Part shown: positions 1 through 10,470 of the stretch, piece after piece
Layout of the letters: every line of letters begins with the position of its first letter
How positions within the stretch are numbered: position 1 is the first letter of the stretch
Source of the DNA: a virus
Length of the DNA: 64,000 bases
IMG/VR virus record: IMGVR_UViG_3300023223_000479
Reading direction: 5' to 3' (one strand)
Program-made: the position numbers and the translations under genes
Notes under the pieces: model-generated
The model's database searches: none
Told to the model about the DNA's origin: nothing
What the model saw: only the letters and a program-made list of their open reading frames with translations

Positions 1-1758
1 TTGAAAATAGTGCCATCCTACCCTATCTGCCTGCCATATAGTACCTCCACCTACCCACTGGTAATGTCCGTTAGGGTTATCCATCTCCATGATAAACGTA
101 AGCCCCACAACACTATATAATTTAGCTAATCCATGTATAAGATTAGCCCTAGGCATATGACCCACAGAATTAGTAGCAGAAAAAATAGGATTCTCAAACG
201 TAGTCCTACATGCATCCTCAGGCTCATGAATAACTAACTGTGAAAACCTAAAACCCTTCTCAAATTCTATACAATTCTGATCGAATAACTGTATATCATT
301 ATCCTGCTTAAACTTAAGTACGTAATTCCTACACTCCTCCAATACTATCTCTGTTATATCCGCATCACAGTTTACCTTAGGAGTCCAATCCTCATGAGTA
401 TCTGTGGTATAGAAATCTGATATCTTGATAAACTCTACTGTTTTATTTTCCTCGTTTGTGAGCATGTACAATCCTCGCTCATGTATAAATCCTTTGATAA
501 CATCTGTTATAGATATTGCCGAATCTAATGTATCACACAAATCTACTGTATCTCCTAATAGAATTCCAGTAAGGGGTATAAAATTAAATACCCCCTCCCC
601 TGGAGGTATAAGTATTTGAGCAGCCGGTGGAGGTGTTGCTAAAGGATCTTCTAATACTTGAATCTGCACTATATCACCTGCCTCCAAAGGTATATCTACC
701 TCTAATACCATAGGATCTCCTGGAGTTACCGTATTAGGGTAATTCTCCTGACCAACATTTACACCGTTAACAAATACAGCCCATATTACAGGCTGAGTAT
801 AAGATACGTTAGAAGCTGGAAAAGGTATAGCAGGTACTAGATCCCCATCATTCAACTCAAACCTAACCCTCATGTATGCGTTAAATGGTTGAGTCCAGGC
901 TTTAAAATACCAATAATCATCTAAGGCAACTGTAGAATCTAATACATTTGAGGTTACGTTTAATGGATCATAAGGACCGCCTATAGGTATAAATTCTTTA
1001 TTTGTTCTTTGTAATTCCGTATCAGATACACCAAATACGCCCCTAGTAAAGGGTAATGATAACCCCTCAAACTCGTCAGATATAGAGTAATCTCCTATAA
1101 GGGTATAACCCGCAAAAGTAAACGCTACCTCAAGTAACCATTTCAAATATACATGAGGTCTTAAGTCATATATAGATACTCTTGTTTTTTGCCTCCACCA
1201 TCCATAATGGACAGGGTAATAAGATGCACCTATAAAGCTATAATCAAAGGGAGTACCCAATTTGCCTAACCTATCCCAACTATCCCTAACATTGTCCTCA
1301 TCAAATACGTGGGAGCCTAAGGGAATATCGCACCACTCAAGATCTTTAAATATTACTGACCAATTATAGTTAGCCCCTGTTAAATCGCATTGATAAATTA
1401 TTGTTCCTCTTACTTGATTATTAACCATCTCAGTTACCTCCAATATCCCGCCTCCTACCAGGATATCTATACCATCTATTAGTAGCCTAGCCGTAATTCT
1501 CTTATGTAGTATTTTATTTGTTATCTTATCTACTCTGAATACGTACTGTAGTGCTTTGTTTGTTTGTGGTGTACCTAGTAACTGTACCTGCTTAGAAAAG
1601 GGGTTAGCTGCTGCACTAAGTTTGAATATATCTGTTATGGCGTATGTAGTAGCTATATCAGGAGCAGCCAATAAATCTACCTCAAAAAAATCTAATTCGT
1701 CTTCTCTACGAATCAATAAACATATAGTTGTAGGTGTTGCTGATGCTCCTAATATCAT
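1..1758 (-). CDS. Phage tail structural protein, 3'-truncated by the window edge (>586 aa)
   Basis: Not in the ORF track. Translates open from ATG 1758 (MILGASATPTTICLLIRRED...) to the window start (...WHYFQ). The N-terminal YAITDIFKLSAAANPFSKQVQLLGT resembles Bacteroidota phage tail hub-type proteins. Confidence 0.7.
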   Translation of the reverse strand, partial: MILGASATPTTICLLIRREDELDFFEVDLLAAPDIATTYAITDIFKLSAAANPFSKQVQLLGTPQTNKALQYVFRVDKITNKILHKRITARLLIDGIDILVGGGILEVTEMVNNQVRGTIIYQCDLTGANYNWSVIFKDLEWCDIPLGSHVFDEDNVRDSWDRLGKLGTPFDYSFIGASYYPVHYGWWRQKTRVSIYDLRPHVYLKWLLEVAFTFAGYTLIGDYSISDEFEGLSLPFTRGVFGVSDTELQRTNKEFIPIGGPYDPLNVTSNVLDSTVALDDYWYFKAWTQPFNAYMRVRFELNDGDLVPAIPFPASNVSYTQPVIWAVFVNGVNVGQENYPNTVTPGDPMVLEVDIPLEAGDIVQIQVLEDPLATPPPAAQILIPPGEGVFNFIPLTGILLGDTVDLCDTLDSAISITDVIKGFIHERGLYMLTNEENKTVEFIKISDFYTTDTHEDWTPKVNCDADITEIVLEECRNYVLKFKQDNDIQLFDQNCIEFEKGFRFSQLVIHEPEDACRTTFENPIFSATNSVGHMPRANLIHGLAKLYSVVGLTFIMEMDNPNGHYQWVGGGTIWQADRVGWHYFQ

Positions 1759-1770
1759 TTTGTAAAATTT

Positions 1771-2199
1771 TTACACCTTAGTACGCCTCTTTTTCTCATT
1801 CACCTGAACATTCATATTAGTAGGCTTCTTGTTGGCTATCATCTTCAATGAAGTATAAGCCTCGTATATCAAAGTAACCACACCACATAGATAGAGCGTG
1901 TATAAGAGACTAACTCCAAACCCTATACCTACGTACCATCCTGGTAGAGATCTATCCACCACAAGCACTATAGTAGCTACAAACATAGGTAAACCTCCGA
2001 ACGTACTACTTTGACATTTATAGCACCCAAGTAGAGGCTTATAGTACCAAGATCCAAGCTCCCTTTTAAACATTTGATTAATACCATAAAGTATTAACCC
2101 CCTCCCCTCATCATCCTTATGATTAGCCGCAATGAACGCTCCTATAATTATAAAAGCGTTCACAAATGAACCTACAACAAAAAACATTAAATACTCCAT
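1771..2199 (-). CDS. Multi-pass membrane protein with CxxC (KPLLGCYKC), DUF1360-like/holin-like
   Basis: About three hydrophobic segments; its stop codon lies inside palindrome 1761. Confidence 0.5.
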   Translation of the reverse strand: MEYLMFFVVGSFVNAFIIIGAFIAANHKDDEGRGLILYGINQMFKRELGSWYYKPLLGCYKCQSSTFGGLPMFVATIVLVVDRSLPGWYVGIGFGVSLLYTLYLCGVVTLIYEAYTSLKMIANKKPTNMNVQVNEKKRRTKV

Positions 2200-2206
2200 A
2201 CCTCAA

Positions 2207-3778
2207 CTATATATTTGTTAACGATTGTTTTGTCTGATCAATTTTATATGATATAGGAATTTGCAGTAACTTATTAACCGAATCTGTTAATATTGATTCC
2301 TCACCCAACACCACTACAGGAGTTAATACATCCATATATCCCTCTGCCACGTATACCTCTGGACTCGTAAAAAAATCTATCAATCTCTCCCTGGTATAAT
2401 CGGATTGGGGTAGCCTATGAGTGAATACTCTAAACTCCTCTCCAAATATCTTATTATATATCTTAATACCTCCCTCTGAGGTTAGGCAATCCTCACACTT
2501 ATAGAACTCCTGAGCCTGGATGTTAAGCTTAAAGAAGCTCTCGCATGTAGCCTCCAATACATCCCACCTTCCGAACTTATTCAAATAGTAAAATACAGTC
2601 CTGCAATTACAGCACTCCCTCTCTTTAGCACTCCTGTAATTAACGGTTACTAATTGGAAAGTTCTAAACCCATCTCCCGATAATACTATAGTGGTTGGTC
2701 CCTCATAGTGAGGTAATATTGTTTCTGATGCGTCTGCTATACCCGTTACATTTATACATAAGATACCATCCCTATCTACATTAATTGCTTCTAAAGAAAT
2801 AACAGGAACTCCTGGAGATTGAGAGGGAAGGGTACTAACCACTATACTCCACTGTATAGGTACAGGATCATTTCCTGATACATGACCATACAGAAACACC
2901 TCAGTACCCGCACATACTTTTAGCTCGTTACCATCTAATACATTCAGATAATTAATATCTGCAAAATTATGATAAGAGTGGTCGAACAATCCTGGAGCCT
3001 CATCTATAGCGCACAAAGCATTAGTAAATGAGTACGTATCAGGAGAGTTAACAAATAGTCCCAATCCACTAGGACCATTCACAGCAAATCTAAAATTCAT
3101 CAATGCCAATGTAGGGTATTGAATGGTTAAGAATGGAGGTAATGTAGCTCCTAATGTAGGTGGTGGTGATTTTATTAAATCCTTAATAAATTGATGTATG
3201 TCTATACACAACTCTACAAATAACTCCCCTGTAAATTTATTTGTGGTTATTAACGGCACTACGAATAAATTATCTATTAAACATATCTCAGCAGGATCTA
3301 ATGAAATATTAACCTGTAGCTGAATACTAATATTGTATGGAGATAATATTACAGGGTCTACTCCCGCCACTAAAAATAACACCCCCAAAGGGGATGTTTC
3401 AGGACCATACACTAGGTCAAACTCAGATCCCGGTTTAAGGGCCGCTATGACTATTATTGGTCCTACCTGAGTTACTAGATAATTAGCAGGAGTTAGAGCC
3501 TCTAAACCTACTATAGCCGCTAATGTATTAATTGTAGTAGCGATAGGGTTAGCCCCTATTAGAATATCAAAGGGTAATGCAGGAGCAACCCTATATGTGA
3601 ATTGATTACCATCTAAAGAAAATGTTTCCCCATCTAGGGGATTAACAACCATCACCAACTGTATAAACCAACTCGTACCAGGGTCTACAATAAAATCTGT
3701 ATCATTAAAGCACAAGCAAAATTTGCAATGTGCTGGATACAATGTATTAGAATCTATTGGCTGTAGGGTTAGGGGCAT
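2207..3778 (-). CDS. Tail/baseplate structural protein (523 aa)
   Basis: Beta-rich; C-terminal YLNKFGRWD segment resembles the conserved 'N..GG.D' motif of Bacteroidota phage tail genes; lies in the structural module. Confidence 0.6.
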   Translation of the reverse strand: MPLTLQPIDSNTLYPAHCKFCLCFNDTDFIVDPGTSWFIQLVMVVNPLDGETFSLDGNQFTYRVAPALPFDILIGANPIATTINTLAAIVGLEALTPANYLVTQVGPIIVIAALKPGSEFDLVYGPETSPLGVLFLVAGVDPVILSPYNISIQLQVNISLDPAEICLIDNLFVVPLITTNKFTGELFVELCIDIHQFIKDLIKSPPPTLGATLPPFLTIQYPTLALMNFRFAVNGPSGLGLFVNSPDTYSFTNALCAIDEAPGLFDHSYHNFADINYLNVLDGNELKVCAGTEVFLYGHVSGNDPVPIQWSIVVSTLPSQSPGVPVISLEAINVDRDGILCINVTGIADASETILPHYEGPTTIVLSGDGFRTFQLVTVNYRSAKERECCNCRTVFYYLNKFGRWDVLEATCESFFKLNIQAQEFYKCEDCLTSEGGIKIYNKIFGEEFRVFTHRLPQSDYTRERLIDFFTSPEVYVAEGYMDVLTPVVVLGEESILTDSVNKLLQIPISYKIDQTKQSLTNI

Positions 3779-3975
3779 ACTCCATTTATAAAAGCCTCAG
3801 TATATGTAAACGTGCTATCCTTCAATAGTGTTTGATCTCCTCCTGTATCGCACTGCACCACTATATCTATCTCAATATTAAAACTCTCTCCCTCCAGTAC
3901 CACAGTACCTACATCTATTTGACGGATAGCATTGAAATCTGTTTCAAAATCTGATTCAGTAAATGTTACTGGCAT
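3769..3975 (-). CDS. Small structural-module protein
   Basis: Acidic 68-aa ORF, co-directional, with a TATATTTG box 4 nt upstream of the ATG. Confidence 0.6.
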   Translation of the reverse strand: MPVTFTESDFETDFNAIRQIDVGTVVLEGESFNIEIDIVVQCDTGGDQTLLKDSTFTYTEAFINGVCP

Positions 3976-3988
3976 AGCACAAATATAG

Positions 3989-4438
3989 TCAAATATTAGT
4001 TAATCGCCTTAGTATCTCCTCGCCTATTCCTAGCTTCTGTATCTCCCTATCCAAGAGCCTCATTAGTATCTTCTCTGATTGGCCTATAAGGTTTATAGGT
4101 CTTCTTGGGTTTGTTGCTATTGAACGGGCTAAAAGGAAATCAGGTATAGATAATCCTTTAGCCGCTTTCCACTTTCTTAACGGTTCCACTAATACAAATG
4201 TATTGCCTACTTTCTTAACGGGAAATTTAGTATTTGCTCTTTTACCTCTCTGTATAAATACGTATCCTCCACCCGCAAACACGTCATATGTAACTAAGTT
4301 ACCTATATGAGTAGTTACTACTCTAATAGAATTTAAAGTAATCTTAGTAACTACTTTCCTATTTCTAACCAAAGGTATTTGAAATACCGTTCTTATCTTC
4401 TTACCTAAGGCTACTGCTCTGCTATTATCTACTGGCAT
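3989..4438 (-). CDS. Putative neck/tail-completion protein
   Basis: Basic 149-aa protein next to the terminator-like gene; call rests on synteny and composition. Confidence 0.45.
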   Translation of the reverse strand: MPVDNSRAVALGKKIRTVFQIPLVRNRKVVTKITLNSIRVVTTHIGNLVTYDVFAGGGYVFIQRGKRANTKFPVKKVGNTFVLVEPLRKWKAAKGLSIPDFLLARSIATNPRRPINLIGQSEKILMRLLDREIQKLGIGEEILRRLTNI

Positions 4439-4459
4439 TATGTAAAAATTTTACACCCC

Positions 4460-5053
4460 CTATTTAGGAGGCTTAGGCTGATTTACCTCACTCCAACTAC
4501 TACCCTTCTCAGCCGGATCAAACCTACTACAGCATAACTCTGAAGCTGTACCCACAAATGTTATAGTCATAATAACGTTTATCAGCTTGTGTATACGAGT
4601 TCTCTTTGTCTCCTCAGGAGCATCATTATTAGTTACAGGGTCATACTCAATAATTACTATAGCATCACCCTCCTGATTAAAATCATACACTCCTATAGGT
4701 GCTCCCGGCTTCTTTTTCTTACCCGTTAGCCACTGAGCTATCTCTATTAAATCTATCTGGAATCCCCTGGCAGATCTCAAAGCCTTCAAATAAAACTCAG
4801 ACTCAGTATTACAATCGTCTAACTCAGGATTAGGAAATGCTATAGCCACTATTAGCTCTACGCTTACCGTCTCCTCATTGAACGTTGTAAGCCTGCTGAC
4901 CGCTGTTATTACCGGAAACTTTACATCCTCCTCAAAGGGTATCTTATCAATATCCTTTATAGGTGTGAATTGTAGCTCATGGTTATTTAGATGACTACCC
5001 TCTATTATATCTCTGACCGCAAACTCTAAAGGATCTCTTATTAGTGCATTCAT
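4460..5053 (-). CDS. Putative tail terminator-like protein
   Basis: Acidic 197 aa with an FPVITAV...VELIVAIA pattern; position in the tail module. Confidence 0.45.
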   Translation of the reverse strand: MNALIRDPLEFAVRDIIEGSHLNNHELQFTPIKDIDKIPFEEDVKFPVITAVSRLTTFNEETVSVELIVAIAFPNPELDDCNTESEFYLKALRSARGFQIDLIEIAQWLTGKKKKPGAPIGVYDFNQEGDAIVIIEYDPVTNNDAPEETKRTRIHKLINVIMTITFVGTASELCCSRFDPAEKGSSWSEVNQPKPPK

Positions 5054-5241
5054 TTTCTTTTCTTTTTTGCCTCTGCATCTATTTCTTTTTGTCTCTTCTT
5101 TGTCTCCTTCACTACCATATCTGCCTGCTGATCTATATACCTCATATGGTTAAATATTGTCTTTGTTGGTAATGCCATTAACTCATCCTCAGTATAATCA
5201 ATGTAACCAGCAGGTATCAATGACTCTCTTAGCACCCCCAA
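5050..5241 (-). CDS. C-terminal part of the probable -1 frameshift product of the tail assembly chaperone
   Basis: This frame stays open upstream of the TTG start, back to the slippery site at 5352-5361 (YSGTAILDSKYRDIFEEK...FYKNWNWLGVL). Confidence 0.6.
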   Translation of the reverse strand: MGVLRESLIPAGYIDYTEDELMALPTKTIFNHMRYIDQQADMVVKETKKRQKEIDAEAKKKRK

Positions 5242-5279
5242 CCAATTCCAGTTTTTATAAAACGCTTTCCTCTCGGGGC

Positions 5280-6230
5280 TTACCGGCCTTTCTGTTGTTT
5301 TCTCTTCAAAGATATCTCTGTACTTAGAGTCCAGAATTGCCGTGCCAGAATAAAAAAATTTATAATTGCCTTAGCCTTATCCAAGGTTAATTTTCTAAAG
5401 TATCCAGCCCTCATAAATGCCTTCTTAGCATTGTATTTCTCTCCATGAGGTACACAAATATGAGAGATTAATTTATGGGCGTTCTCAAACATTCCTTTCT
5501 CAAATTCTGCCGCATATCCGGCTATTAATTTCATCCGCGCATTTCTCTCCTTAAGGTCCGTTATGTTATCCCAATCAGTATCATTTATCCACTTCATATA
5601 GTCGTCCTCATCTACCCCTGCCTCCTGCATTTTAATCTTCAATTTCTCAGGTATAGTGGGTAGTTGCTTACGCAAAAAATCCGTATTCATACGGCTCTCA
5701 AAGTTTATCTCAGCTACAGGAACTAAAACAAATAGTCCTTTCTTTATCTTTTTTATTTCCTTATTTATCTTCCTCCTCTTAATTACTTCAAGAAATCCTA
5801 AAACTCTTAATTCCTGTTTTAACAATTCTATATCAGGAGCCATAGCCTCAGGTAGATAAAAATGTATTATAGGCTGTATTTTATCCTTAGATACTATAAC
5901 TATTGCCTCCTTCAATACAAATAAATTCTCTACTGCTACTTGAGCTAATACCTTATGTTGAGACTCCTGCAATATTGCTTTTAGCTGTTTAGCTACGGTA
6001 TCTCCAAGACCTACGAAACAGTTAGCAATATCCATCTCTAAATCGCCTTTCTTATCCTCCTCCACCATCAGCATCTCCATCTCTAAATCCGCTAACCTGG
6101 ATCTATGAGCAGCCTCATCGGGTAATAAAGCTGTGAACTCCTGAAACCCTCCTAACTCAATATCACAATCCCTGCTAGGAATTTTTAGCTTTTGTTTACC
6201 GGACTTAGTTTGTACGTGTATTATCTCCAT
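5280..6230 (-). CDS. Tail assembly chaperone (gpG-like), 316 aa
   Basis: Coiled-coil, acidic protein with slippery A-AAT-TTT-TTT near its 3' end and an overlapping -1 ORF. Confidence 0.55.
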   Translation of the reverse strand: MEIIHVQTKSGKQKLKIPSRDCDIELGGFQEFTALLPDEAAHRSRLADLEMEMLMVEEDKKGDLEMDIANCFVGLGDTVAKQLKAILQESQHKVLAQVAVENLFVLKEAIVIVSKDKIQPIIHFYLPEAMAPDIELLKQELRVLGFLEVIKRRKINKEIKKIKKGLFVLVPVAEINFESRMNTDFLRKQLPTIPEKLKIKMQEAGVDEDDYMKWINDTDWDNITDLKERNARMKLIAGYAAEFEKGMFENAHKLISHICVPHGEKYNAKKAFMRAGYFRKLTLDKAKAIINFFILARQFWTLSTEISLKRKQQKGR

Positions 6231-6231
6231 A

Positions 6232-7062
6232 TCAACACAACTTTAAAATATTATCCTTTAGCTTCAAAAATCTCTTAGCCTGATATATAGTAAATTTCCT
6301 CTCTTTTTCCAACCTATCTAACATATTCATATAGTATCCGGGCATCCTATCTAAATCCAACTCCTCCATATACTTCAAAGCATCCTCTACAGACAAATGA
6401 GATAGCTCATCGACCCCTCCATCCAATGTCTTTGACAATTCTCCTAGTTCCCTGGCTACACCCTCATGAAGATCTACAGGCAAATCTAAAATAGTATCTA
6501 CCAAAAAATAAGTACCTATACAATTACTCAATATTATAGGCTCCCCATTATTTCCATGAGCTATACGGGATCTAGCCCTATCTATGGACTCATCTAATTT
6601 CTGTAATACCTTCCTCAAATCCTTATACTGATCCCCTTTCATCAAGTGTTTTATCCTCTCATATCCTCCCTGAAAAATAAGCAGTCCCGCTATCATTGGG
6701 GTTAGTGTTGATGAGTAATCCTCAGGTGTTTCAACATCCACTACTATAGGCACCCTGTTAAACTGTACTAAATGACTATTCAGAATCTCTATCAAATACG
6801 TTTGCATGTACCCGTGTACGCTCTTACCTGACCCCTCGTTTGTACACTCACCCTTACTCCAAAGCCTATAAGATTGTTTTCCTATATAGGTAGATCCTCT
6901 ATCTGTTCGTACCTTGTAAGTAGTTATCCTCCAATCACACTCCATATTAGCTACATACTCTACCGATACCGATACAAACCCCACAACATCATAAAAGCAT
7001 AGCTCAAACGTTCTTGAGCTTGTATCTACTGTTTCTTCCTTCTTTATTTTTCTCTTTCTCAT
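6232..7062 (-). CDS. Hypothetical protein (276 aa)
   Basis: Long ORF; ATG 3 nt downstream of palindrome 7066. Confidence 0.75.
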   Translation of the reverse strand: MRKRKIKKEETVDTSSRTFELCFYDVVGFVSVSVEYVANMECDWRITTYKVRTDRGSTYIGKQSYRLWSKGECTNEGSGKSVHGYMQTYLIEILNSHLVQFNRVPIVVDVETPEDYSSTLTPMIAGLLIFQGGYERIKHLMKGDQYKDLRKVLQKLDESIDRARSRIAHGNNGEPIILSNCIGTYFLVDTILDLPVDLHEGVARELGELSKTLDGGVDELSHLSVEDALKYMEELDLDRMPGYYMNMLDRLEKERKFTIYQAKRFLKLKDNILKLC

Positions 7063-7083
7063 ACCTGTAAAATTTTTACACCT

Positions 7084-7737
7084 CTAAACAAACCCTCCTA
7101 GCTCCTGGTCCCTATACTCTCTCATAGTGTTCAGAGCTAAATTATGCACTGCCTCATTACGTACATCCCCTTGATGCCCCTTAGTGTGACATACATTTAT
7201 CAGCATATCGAAATCATTTTTCTTAATCTCCCATATCTGCTTCCATAATTCTACATGCTCAATAGTTTCTCCATCTGCTTTCTTCCAACCATTAAACACC
7301 CACCCCACTAAGTAGCTGTTATACCCATTCACCACATACAAGGCATCAGATACTATCTTAACGATGGAATCATACTTATAGTCACAATGCCAACACAATG
7401 CTCTATACAAGCCTAATAGCTCTGTCTTGCCTGTTTTCCATCCCTCATTAGCTTTGGACTCCTCATAGATACATTCCGGCTCTAGTCCCTCATAGGCTAC
7501 CAACCCATAAGCCCCAAATACCCTCCCCTTATGCTGCTCATACTTATCATTTAAAATATGAGAGCTACCATCTATATAAACAAACCACACATCCTTAATA
7601 GGCTCCTCAGCCTTAAACCTAATAGCCGGATGTACTATTATTGTAGGGTTTCCTTGGTCCTCATCCCAAGGCATTAAGGGCTCATCCTCCTTATCTCTAT
7701 CGGGATCTACCCACAGTATCTTATTACTCATGCTCAA
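7084..7737 (-). CDS. rnhA: Ribonuclease HI
   Basis: Motifs YIDGSS, TELLG, SDALYVVNG, WKKADG...HVELWK, HTKGH and NEAVHNLA match the RNase H acidic active-site layout. Confidence 0.9.
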   Translation of the reverse strand: MSMSNKILWVDPDRDKEDEPLMPWDEDQGNPTIIVHPAIRFKAEEPIKDVWFVYIDGSSHILNDKYEQHKGRVFGAYGLVAYEGLEPECIYEESKANEGWKTGKTELLGLYRALCWHCDYKYDSIVKIVSDALYVVNGYNSYLVGWVFNGWKKADGETIEHVELWKQIWEIKKNDFDMLINVCHTKGHQGDVRNEAVHNLALNTMREYRDQELGGFV

Positions 7738-7993
7738 CTTGATTAAGGTCTAATTCAGGCTTATTAAATGTAGTGCTTAGTTTTACCGGCTGCACACTAT
7801 CTCCGAATGTCAACACAGATACGTATATTCTACCGGTGAATAAAAATTTTATCCTACCCCATAATCCCATACCCCAACACATAACTACACCCTTCTCCAA
7901 GGTATTACTATCCTTGTATGCAGGTAAGCTATTACCCTCTCCTAGTCCTGATCCTACTACGGTATTAGATTCCTTAAACTTGACTGGTTTCAT
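7724..7993 (-). CDS. Conserved phage hypothetical protein
   Basis: MKPVKFKESN...LPAY...VMCW...GRIYVSVLTFG...QP pattern is common in phage ORFs. Confidence 0.7.
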   Translation of the reverse strand: MKPVKFKESNTVVGSGLGEGNSLPAYKDSNTLEKGVVMCWGMGLWGRIKFLFTGRIYVSVLTFGDSVQPVKLSTTFNKPELDLNQVEHE

Positions 7994-8031
7994 AGCTATT
8001 ATTTAACACCCTCTCTTAGTCACCAAATATA

Positions 8032-8064
8032 CAAAAAATAAAGGGAGACTAAAAGAGCCTCCCT
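8032..8064 (-). terminator. Rho-independent terminator
   Basis: AGGGAGGCT-CTTTT-AGTCTCCCT followed by TTATTTTTTG, downstream of the helicase. Confidence 0.8.
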
Positions 8065-8087
8065 CACACAAAACACACTTACAATTA

Positions 8088-9689
8088 TCATTTTTTCTTT
8101 TCGGGCTTAGGCAAATATACTAATTCATTCTTAGCCCTGGTTACAGCCACATACTCCAAGTTCCTCTCCTGCTGTATTTGCCAAGGTTTAGAGGCATACT
8201 TACTAGGCATCAACTCAGGATGCAAAATAAATACCCTACCATTCTCCAAGCCCTTAGCCCTATGTATTGTAGATAGTACAATACCATCTTTATCATCACT
8301 AAATATGGTCTTAATTGTATTACAGATCTGAGAGGGTGTATTGCAATTCCTCATCTCCTCAAACACCCTAATAATTTCAAGCTTCTGATTAAAGTTAATA
8401 TACTCCTGCTCATCCTGTATCTCGTTGGGGCAGACACCCTTTCTAATGAGCCGATTTGTTATCTTTTGAAGCATACCCTCAAACCTCATCCACATAGTTT
8501 TTAAACTCTTTGTTCTTGTAGATTCTACTACCTGAATAAGATGCTTACCAATATCTCTACCCATGATATTAGCCTTAATCCCCTTAGCTAGGAATTTCAA
8601 ACACATCTCCACAAGGGGTAAAGTATTACGGCATAAAACATAGTCCCCTACTCGTACCTCTTCAGGTTTCCCTACTCTTACTATCCCCTCTAATGCTCCT
8701 GGTTTCCATTGGATATCCTCGACAATCTTTTGAGCCTCCTTAATGATATTAATATCGCACCTATAACAAACAGTAAGAGGAAGCGTTTTTGTATTGGGCA
8801 TCTGCTGTAGTTTTTCAAAGCTTTCGGCATCTGCTCCTGCAAATCCATAGATAGCCTGCCTATCATCACCTACTGCAATAAACCTTCCAATCCTATGCTT
8901 GATCACCCGCTGTACTAAAGCTCTCTGAGCAGCGTTTAAATCTTGAGCCTCATCTACAAATACCCGATCATAGCCCCACACCCTGATAGAGTCTTGAGCC
9001 ATAATAGGGTAATACACCATATCTACAAAATCAAATACTTTCTTATCCTGATATGCCTCAACCACACAGTTAACATTATCCAAGTGCTGCTTATTCATCT
9101 GCTCTAACACCTCAATACAATGATCTATCTCACCGTTAAATATATCTATTCCATGCTTTACAGCTACCTCAGCAATCTCCTCCTTAGTAGATGCTAATGA
9201 TAGTCTAGCCATATCTACAAGCTTCTTAACGTTGTACCTGTAATTTCTGGTAAGGCTATCCCAATGCTCATTGTTTGGATCTACCTGCATCTCCTTACCG
9301 CTTGCCTCATCCATCACAGATATAACCCAATTCTTAGCCATAACCCCTATATAGTTCTTAGCCTTGTTATTATCTAGCTCTATCGTCTTCAAATTCCATC
9401 TCAAGATAGACCATCCCAAACCATGCAGAGTCTTAATATCCAGCTTGAAATTATGCCATACCTTTTTGAATCTGGACTCAAACTCCTCTTTGATGCTTTT
9501 ATTAAACGCCAAAAATAGCACCTTAAAACTATAGGTTACATTTGTAGGTAAGAATTGCAAAGCGTGCTCTATAGTAAATGTTTTACCTGATCCGGCCCTG
9601 GCTTTTATAACCAGATTAGAAGCACCTAATTTAATCTGTTCAAATACGGTTAACTGCTGATTATTATAAACTATTTTTTGAGATACCAT
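8088..9689 (-). CDS. UvrD/Rep-family SF1 helicase
   Basis: Motifs ARAGSGKT, DEAQD, VGDDRQAIYGFAGA, YRC, STIHRAKGLE and YVAVTRAK. Confidence 0.93.
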   Translation of the reverse strand: MVSQKIVYNNQQLTVFEQIKLGASNLVIKARAGSGKTFTIEHALQFLPTNVTYSFKVLFLAFNKSIKEEFESRFKKVWHNFKLDIKTLHGLGWSILRWNLKTIELDNNKAKNYIGVMAKNWVISVMDEASGKEMQVDPNNEHWDSLTRNYRYNVKKLVDMARLSLASTKEEIAEVAVKHGIDIFNGEIDHCIEVLEQMNKQHLDNVNCVVEAYQDKKVFDFVDMVYYPIMAQDSIRVWGYDRVFVDEAQDLNAAQRALVQRVIKHRIGRFIAVGDDRQAIYGFAGADAESFEKLQQMPNTKTLPLTVCYRCDINIIKEAQKIVEDIQWKPGALEGIVRVGKPEEVRVGDYVLCRNTLPLVEMCLKFLAKGIKANIMGRDIGKHLIQVVESTRTKSLKTMWMRFEGMLQKITNRLIRKGVCPNEIQDEQEYINFNQKLEIIRVFEEMRNCNTPSQICNTIKTIFSDDKDGIVLSTIHRAKGLENGRVFILHPELMPSKYASKPWQIQQERNLEYVAVTRAKNELVYLPKPEKKK

Positions 9690-9729
9690 AGTGTATTTGT
9701 TTTGTGTGTATGGTAAAGGTAAGATTTAT

Positions 9730-10470
9730 TTACCAACAAAACAAATACCTATAAGGGTTCATATAAATATTGTAATCACTATCGATGTATACCCGCTTAC
9801 TTACAGGTATTTTATATAGAAAGTTTCCAAACAATCTCTTTTTAATATTTGTTTCATAGGTTTCATCTGTTATAATCCTCTGCCTACCGTACTCCTTATT
9901 TCTAATTCCCACCCAAACAGCAGATTGAAAATCTCTAGGCTCTACCTGTAACTCCTTGGCTAACTCGGTTATGTAATCCTCTATTTGGGTATACTGCTTA
10001 TCTGTAACGTTATAGTATTTCTTACCGTTCCTCTCTGTAGGTATTAATCCACAAGCTTTAGCTACCCACATATCGCAAACTACAGGTTTATTATCTCCTA
10101 ACATATTCCTTTTAAAGGATTCTATCTTTCTTCCTGCAAAATCCTCCCCTCTCATTGTTTTCTCTATCTGTATAACCATAGCAGGTAGAAAATCCGGCTC
10201 CTCATTATCTCCCATTATATCTAACCCCTCCTGAATCCGGTATAATATTTTTAGGGTTTGGGTTACGTTGGCACTTAGTTGAGTTCTCTGAGATGTAGCG
10301 GCTAATAAGGTTATTACTAATTCCCAATCATACCCGAACAACCATTTTATAAATTTAAGGTTATCCTCATACCAATTGGTATGATCCCTACCCTCCTGGA
10401 AATACTGTATTAGAATATCCCTATCTATATCGATGAGCCTACTACCTGTAAAAATTTTACACTCGCTCAT
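9730..10470 (-). CDS. Phage hypothetical protein, possibly HhH/DNA-glycosylase-like fold (DUF7178-like)
   Basis: NWY...LAATS...N...KIESF..N..G....VVCDMW pattern. ATG overlaps the MTase stop; codons 4-8 (CKIFT) are palindrome 10447. Confidence 0.45.
   Translation of the reverse strand: MSECKIFTGSRLIDIDRDILIQYFQEGRDHTNWYEDNLKFIKWLFGYDWELVITLLAATSQRTQLSANVTQTLKILYRIQEGLDIMGDNEEPDFLPAMVIQIEKTMRGEDFAGRKIESFKRNMLGDNKPVVCDMWVAKACGLIPTERNGKKYYNVTDKQYTQIEDYITELAKELQVEPRDFQSAVWVGIRNKEYGRQRIITDETYETNIKKRLFGNFLYKIPVSKRVYIDSDYNIYMNPYRYLFCW

Noticed and set aside
7065-7081. GT...AG reading (GTAAAAATTTTACAG) as an ultrashort spliceosomal intron
   Set aside because: This is a bacterial phage without a spliceosome, the 3' G is present in only about 14 of 35 copies, and most copies are intergenic.
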